This document shows, piece by piece, positions 61,390 to 64,000 of a stretch of DNA of 64,000 bases (within the stretch, counting starts at the first letter, position 1; every line of letters begins with the position of its first letter). A model generated the notes under the pieces. The model worked only from the letters and a program-made list of their open reading frames with translations, was not told where the DNA came from and searched no databases. The position numbers were made by a program, and so were the translations under genes. The stretch comes from Lytechinus pictus (taxonomy: Eukaryota), in assembly GCF_037042905.1 (NCBI RefSeq), contig NC_087251.1, positions 27,716,001-27,780,000 of the forward strand. Direction: 5' to 3'.

Positions 61390-62690
61390 TTTGATTTGAT
61401 TTGATCGCTATTAACACGGTGCAACAGCCTTCGATCAGCGAACGGCTGATTTCCAGAGAGAGGCCGTGCATGTAATATACAAACAGTACAACGAATAATA
61501 AATAACAAAATAATCTAATAAACAAAAACTTATATACATAACCAAAAGAAAGGGATGGTGAAGAAAAAAAAAACAATTATGTTTAAAAAAAGGATAATCA
61601 AGATTTCAAGACTTTTTAATTCAATTCAGATTTATTTCCCATCTGATTACAAAGACAAGTACAAATTCATATGTAGATATATATCATATACAATAATAAA
61701 ACAAACAAAAACAGAAACATATTGAGTTCGAAATAATAACATGGTGTGAATTGAGAGAAGCCGAAGGCGTATCAGGGTGATTTCCAAAGGTAATTGAATT
61801 TACATAAAATGTTTATATATATATATATATATATTTACATAATAACATGTTTAAAACTAGAAAAAACCTTGTCATTCATAAATATAAACATAATAACACA
61901 AGGACGATCAAACACCCCAACTTCAGATTCAAATGAATTAAGATTTGGCACTGTGCGAATATGTTTTGCTAATTAACTGAACTCGTGTATAAAAAGATAA
62001 AAGCTGCTATTTCGTACAAAATCTGTTTTGGAGTTTGTAATCTCATTATATGTTTTTTTTTTAAGTTTTGGAGTAGGTGGGTGGTACATTTACATTGCTT
62101 AAGGGTAATCCTATTATGCATAAAAAAGTCGGTAACATGATTGCTTGTTTTTTTTCCATCTGAGAAGGATGGTTTTAGCATTCAATTTGGTGTATAACTC
62201 TGATGTGCTGAAAAAAAAATTAGCACAGTTCAAAGGCCTCTATTCTACATTACAATGAGACGATCAATTTAAGTTTTTCCTGCATATCTCCAAATATATG
62301 AACAAACTGACGGTGTTTGCGTTTTGAAGAAATTTTGTCACTCCATGTAATATTTTCATTTAAATTTGTCCATACGATTTAAAGGAAATTTATTCTTCTT
62401 GGTCGGAACATTAGCAAACTGACGTTGTTTGCTTTTTGAAGAAATTATCATATATTCACATTTGCTTGTATTCAATAATAATTCATTGCCACGGATGTCA
62501 TTGGCAATATCATTCAAATCTTCATTGATTACGTTCAAGTTCAATTGGGTCATTGTAAGCAAAATTAGGGCATGAATTATCGGCATAAAGTGATAATGTA
62601 CTTTGCCGAACAACTTTGGATATATCATTTGAATACATTATAACAAAATCATTGAGCCAATGATACTTCCTTAAGGACCTCCGCAAATAA
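61390..62690 (-). mobile_element. CR1/L2-group LINE 3' fragment, copy D
   Basis: RT remnants LSLYADN, NEDLNDI..NELLLNTSKCEYMII in minus-strand ORFs 62356-62704. Confidence 0.8.
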
Positions 62691-64000
62691 ATATCTCTCG
62701 TCATTCACCTAAATTATATTTGCCTTCATCTCCTCCCCGGCATTCAAGTAATTAAATCTGCCTCAATCTTCTCCTCGGCCTTCACCCCGTTCAACTATGC
62801 CTTCGTCTCTTTCTCGGCATTCACCTCCTTTATCTCTGCCTTCGTCTCCTCGGCATTCGCCTTCTTTATCTCTGCCTTCGTCTCCTTCTTGGCATTCGCC
62901 TTCTTAATCTCTGCTTTCGTCTCATCCTCGGCATTCGTTTTCTTTATCTCTGCCTTCGTTTCCTACTCGGCATTTGTCTTCTTTATCTATGCCTTCGTCT
63001 CATTTTCGGAATTCACCTTCATTATCTCTGCCTTCGTCTCCTCGGCATTCGCATTCTTTATCTCTGCTTTCGTCTCCTACTTCGACTTCACCTCCTTCAA
63101 CTCTGCCTTCGTCTCCTCCTCGGCCTTCACTCCTTTTATATCTGTCCCCTTCTCTTCGGCTTTGATCTCCTTTATCTCTGCTCCAATTTCATCGGCCTTC
63201 ACCTCCATTATCTGTGGTTTTGTCTCCTCGGTATTCACCTCCATCTTCTGTGCATTCGTCTTCTCATCGGCATTCACCTCCTTTGTATATTCTTTAGTCT
63301 CTTTCTCGGCGTTCATATCCTTTATCTCTGCCCTAATCTCCTCGATATTCACCTAAATTATATTTGCCTTCATCTCCTCCCCGGCATTCAAGTAATTACA
63401 TGTGCCTCCATCTTCTCCTCGGCCTTCAGCTCGTTCAACTCTACCTTCGTCTCTTCTCGGCATTCACCACCTTTATCTCCGCCTTCGTCTCCTCGGCATT
63501 CGCCTTCTTTATATCTGCCTTCGTCTTCTTTTCGGCATGTGCCTTCTTCATCTCTGCCTTCGTTACCTCCTCGGCATCCGTTTTTTTTTTGTCTCTGCCT
63601 TCGTCTCCTCCTCCGCATTCGCCTTCTTTATCTCTGCCTTCGTCTCCTTGGCATTCGCCTTCTTTATCTTTGACTTCGTCTCCTCCTTCAACTCTGCCTT
63701 CGTCTCCTCTTCGGCATCCATCTCTTTATATATCTGCCTCCGTATGTTTAGTCTCTCTCGGCATTAATCTCCTTCATCTCTGCCTCTGTCTCCTGCTCGG
63801 CATTCATCCCCTTTGACGGTGCCTTTGTCTCCTTCTTGGTATTCACCTATTTTATATCTACTTCCGTCTTCTCCTTGGCACTCTCCTCCTTTTATCTGCC
63901 TTCGTCATTACGTCTATTCTCGCCTCCCTTATCTCTGCCCAATTCACCTTCGCCATCCCCTCCTTTTTTCTGCCACATCTCCTTGGCCTTCACCTTCTTT

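Larger units (their letters stand above)
46180..64000 (-). repeat. Pyrimidine-rich, codon-structured 39/36-bp minisatellite array (minus strand AEEETKAEIKEVN), decayed and interrupted
   Basis: Many copies of TTCACCTCCTTTATCTCTGCCTTCGTCTCCTCCTCGGCA-like units; numerous short E/K/A-rich minus-strand ORFs broken by stops and frameshifts; continues past the window end. Confidence 0.85.

Noticed and set aside
48555..63816. Plus-strand Ser/Phe/Ala-, Leu- or Pro-rich ORFs as membrane proteins
   Set aside because: They are alternative-frame readings of the CT-rich minisatellite, which lacks stop codons for compositional reasons.

Overview
AT-rich, intron-containing animal DNA; the repeat families suggest a sea urchin or other echinoderm (inference only). 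The central feature is a complete + strand CEP128 (centrosomal protein 128) ortholog with 23 coding exons (ATG 18999 to TGA 38630, about 1045 aa). I assembled it by hand, all junctions are GT-AG with consistent phase, and it matches vertebrate CEP128 motifs recalled from memory. Upstream (12.5-16.2 kb) are three CpG-richer promoter-like modules with strong 5' splice donors, two of them divergently paired. One of them contains a ~180-bp retroposon whose head is the Alu domain of 7SL RNA, with A/B boxes, a MetaSINE-like body and a (CA)n tail. This looks like an Alu-like SINE outside the lineages where I know such elements, and it is the most interesting item here. The remaining intergenic and intronic space is full of MITEs (TA, TTAA, 3-bp and 8-bp TSD types), tRNA-SINEs and LINE tails. 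The last ~18 kb is a strongly pyrimidine-rich array of a 39/36-bp codon-structured minisatellite (minus strand AEEETKAEIKEVN). It was amplified as higher-order units together with an embedded CR1/L2-type LINE fragment, and one unit was later hit by a young, 5'-truncated Rex1/Babar-type LINE. All coordinates were read by eye and repeat boundaries are approximate.
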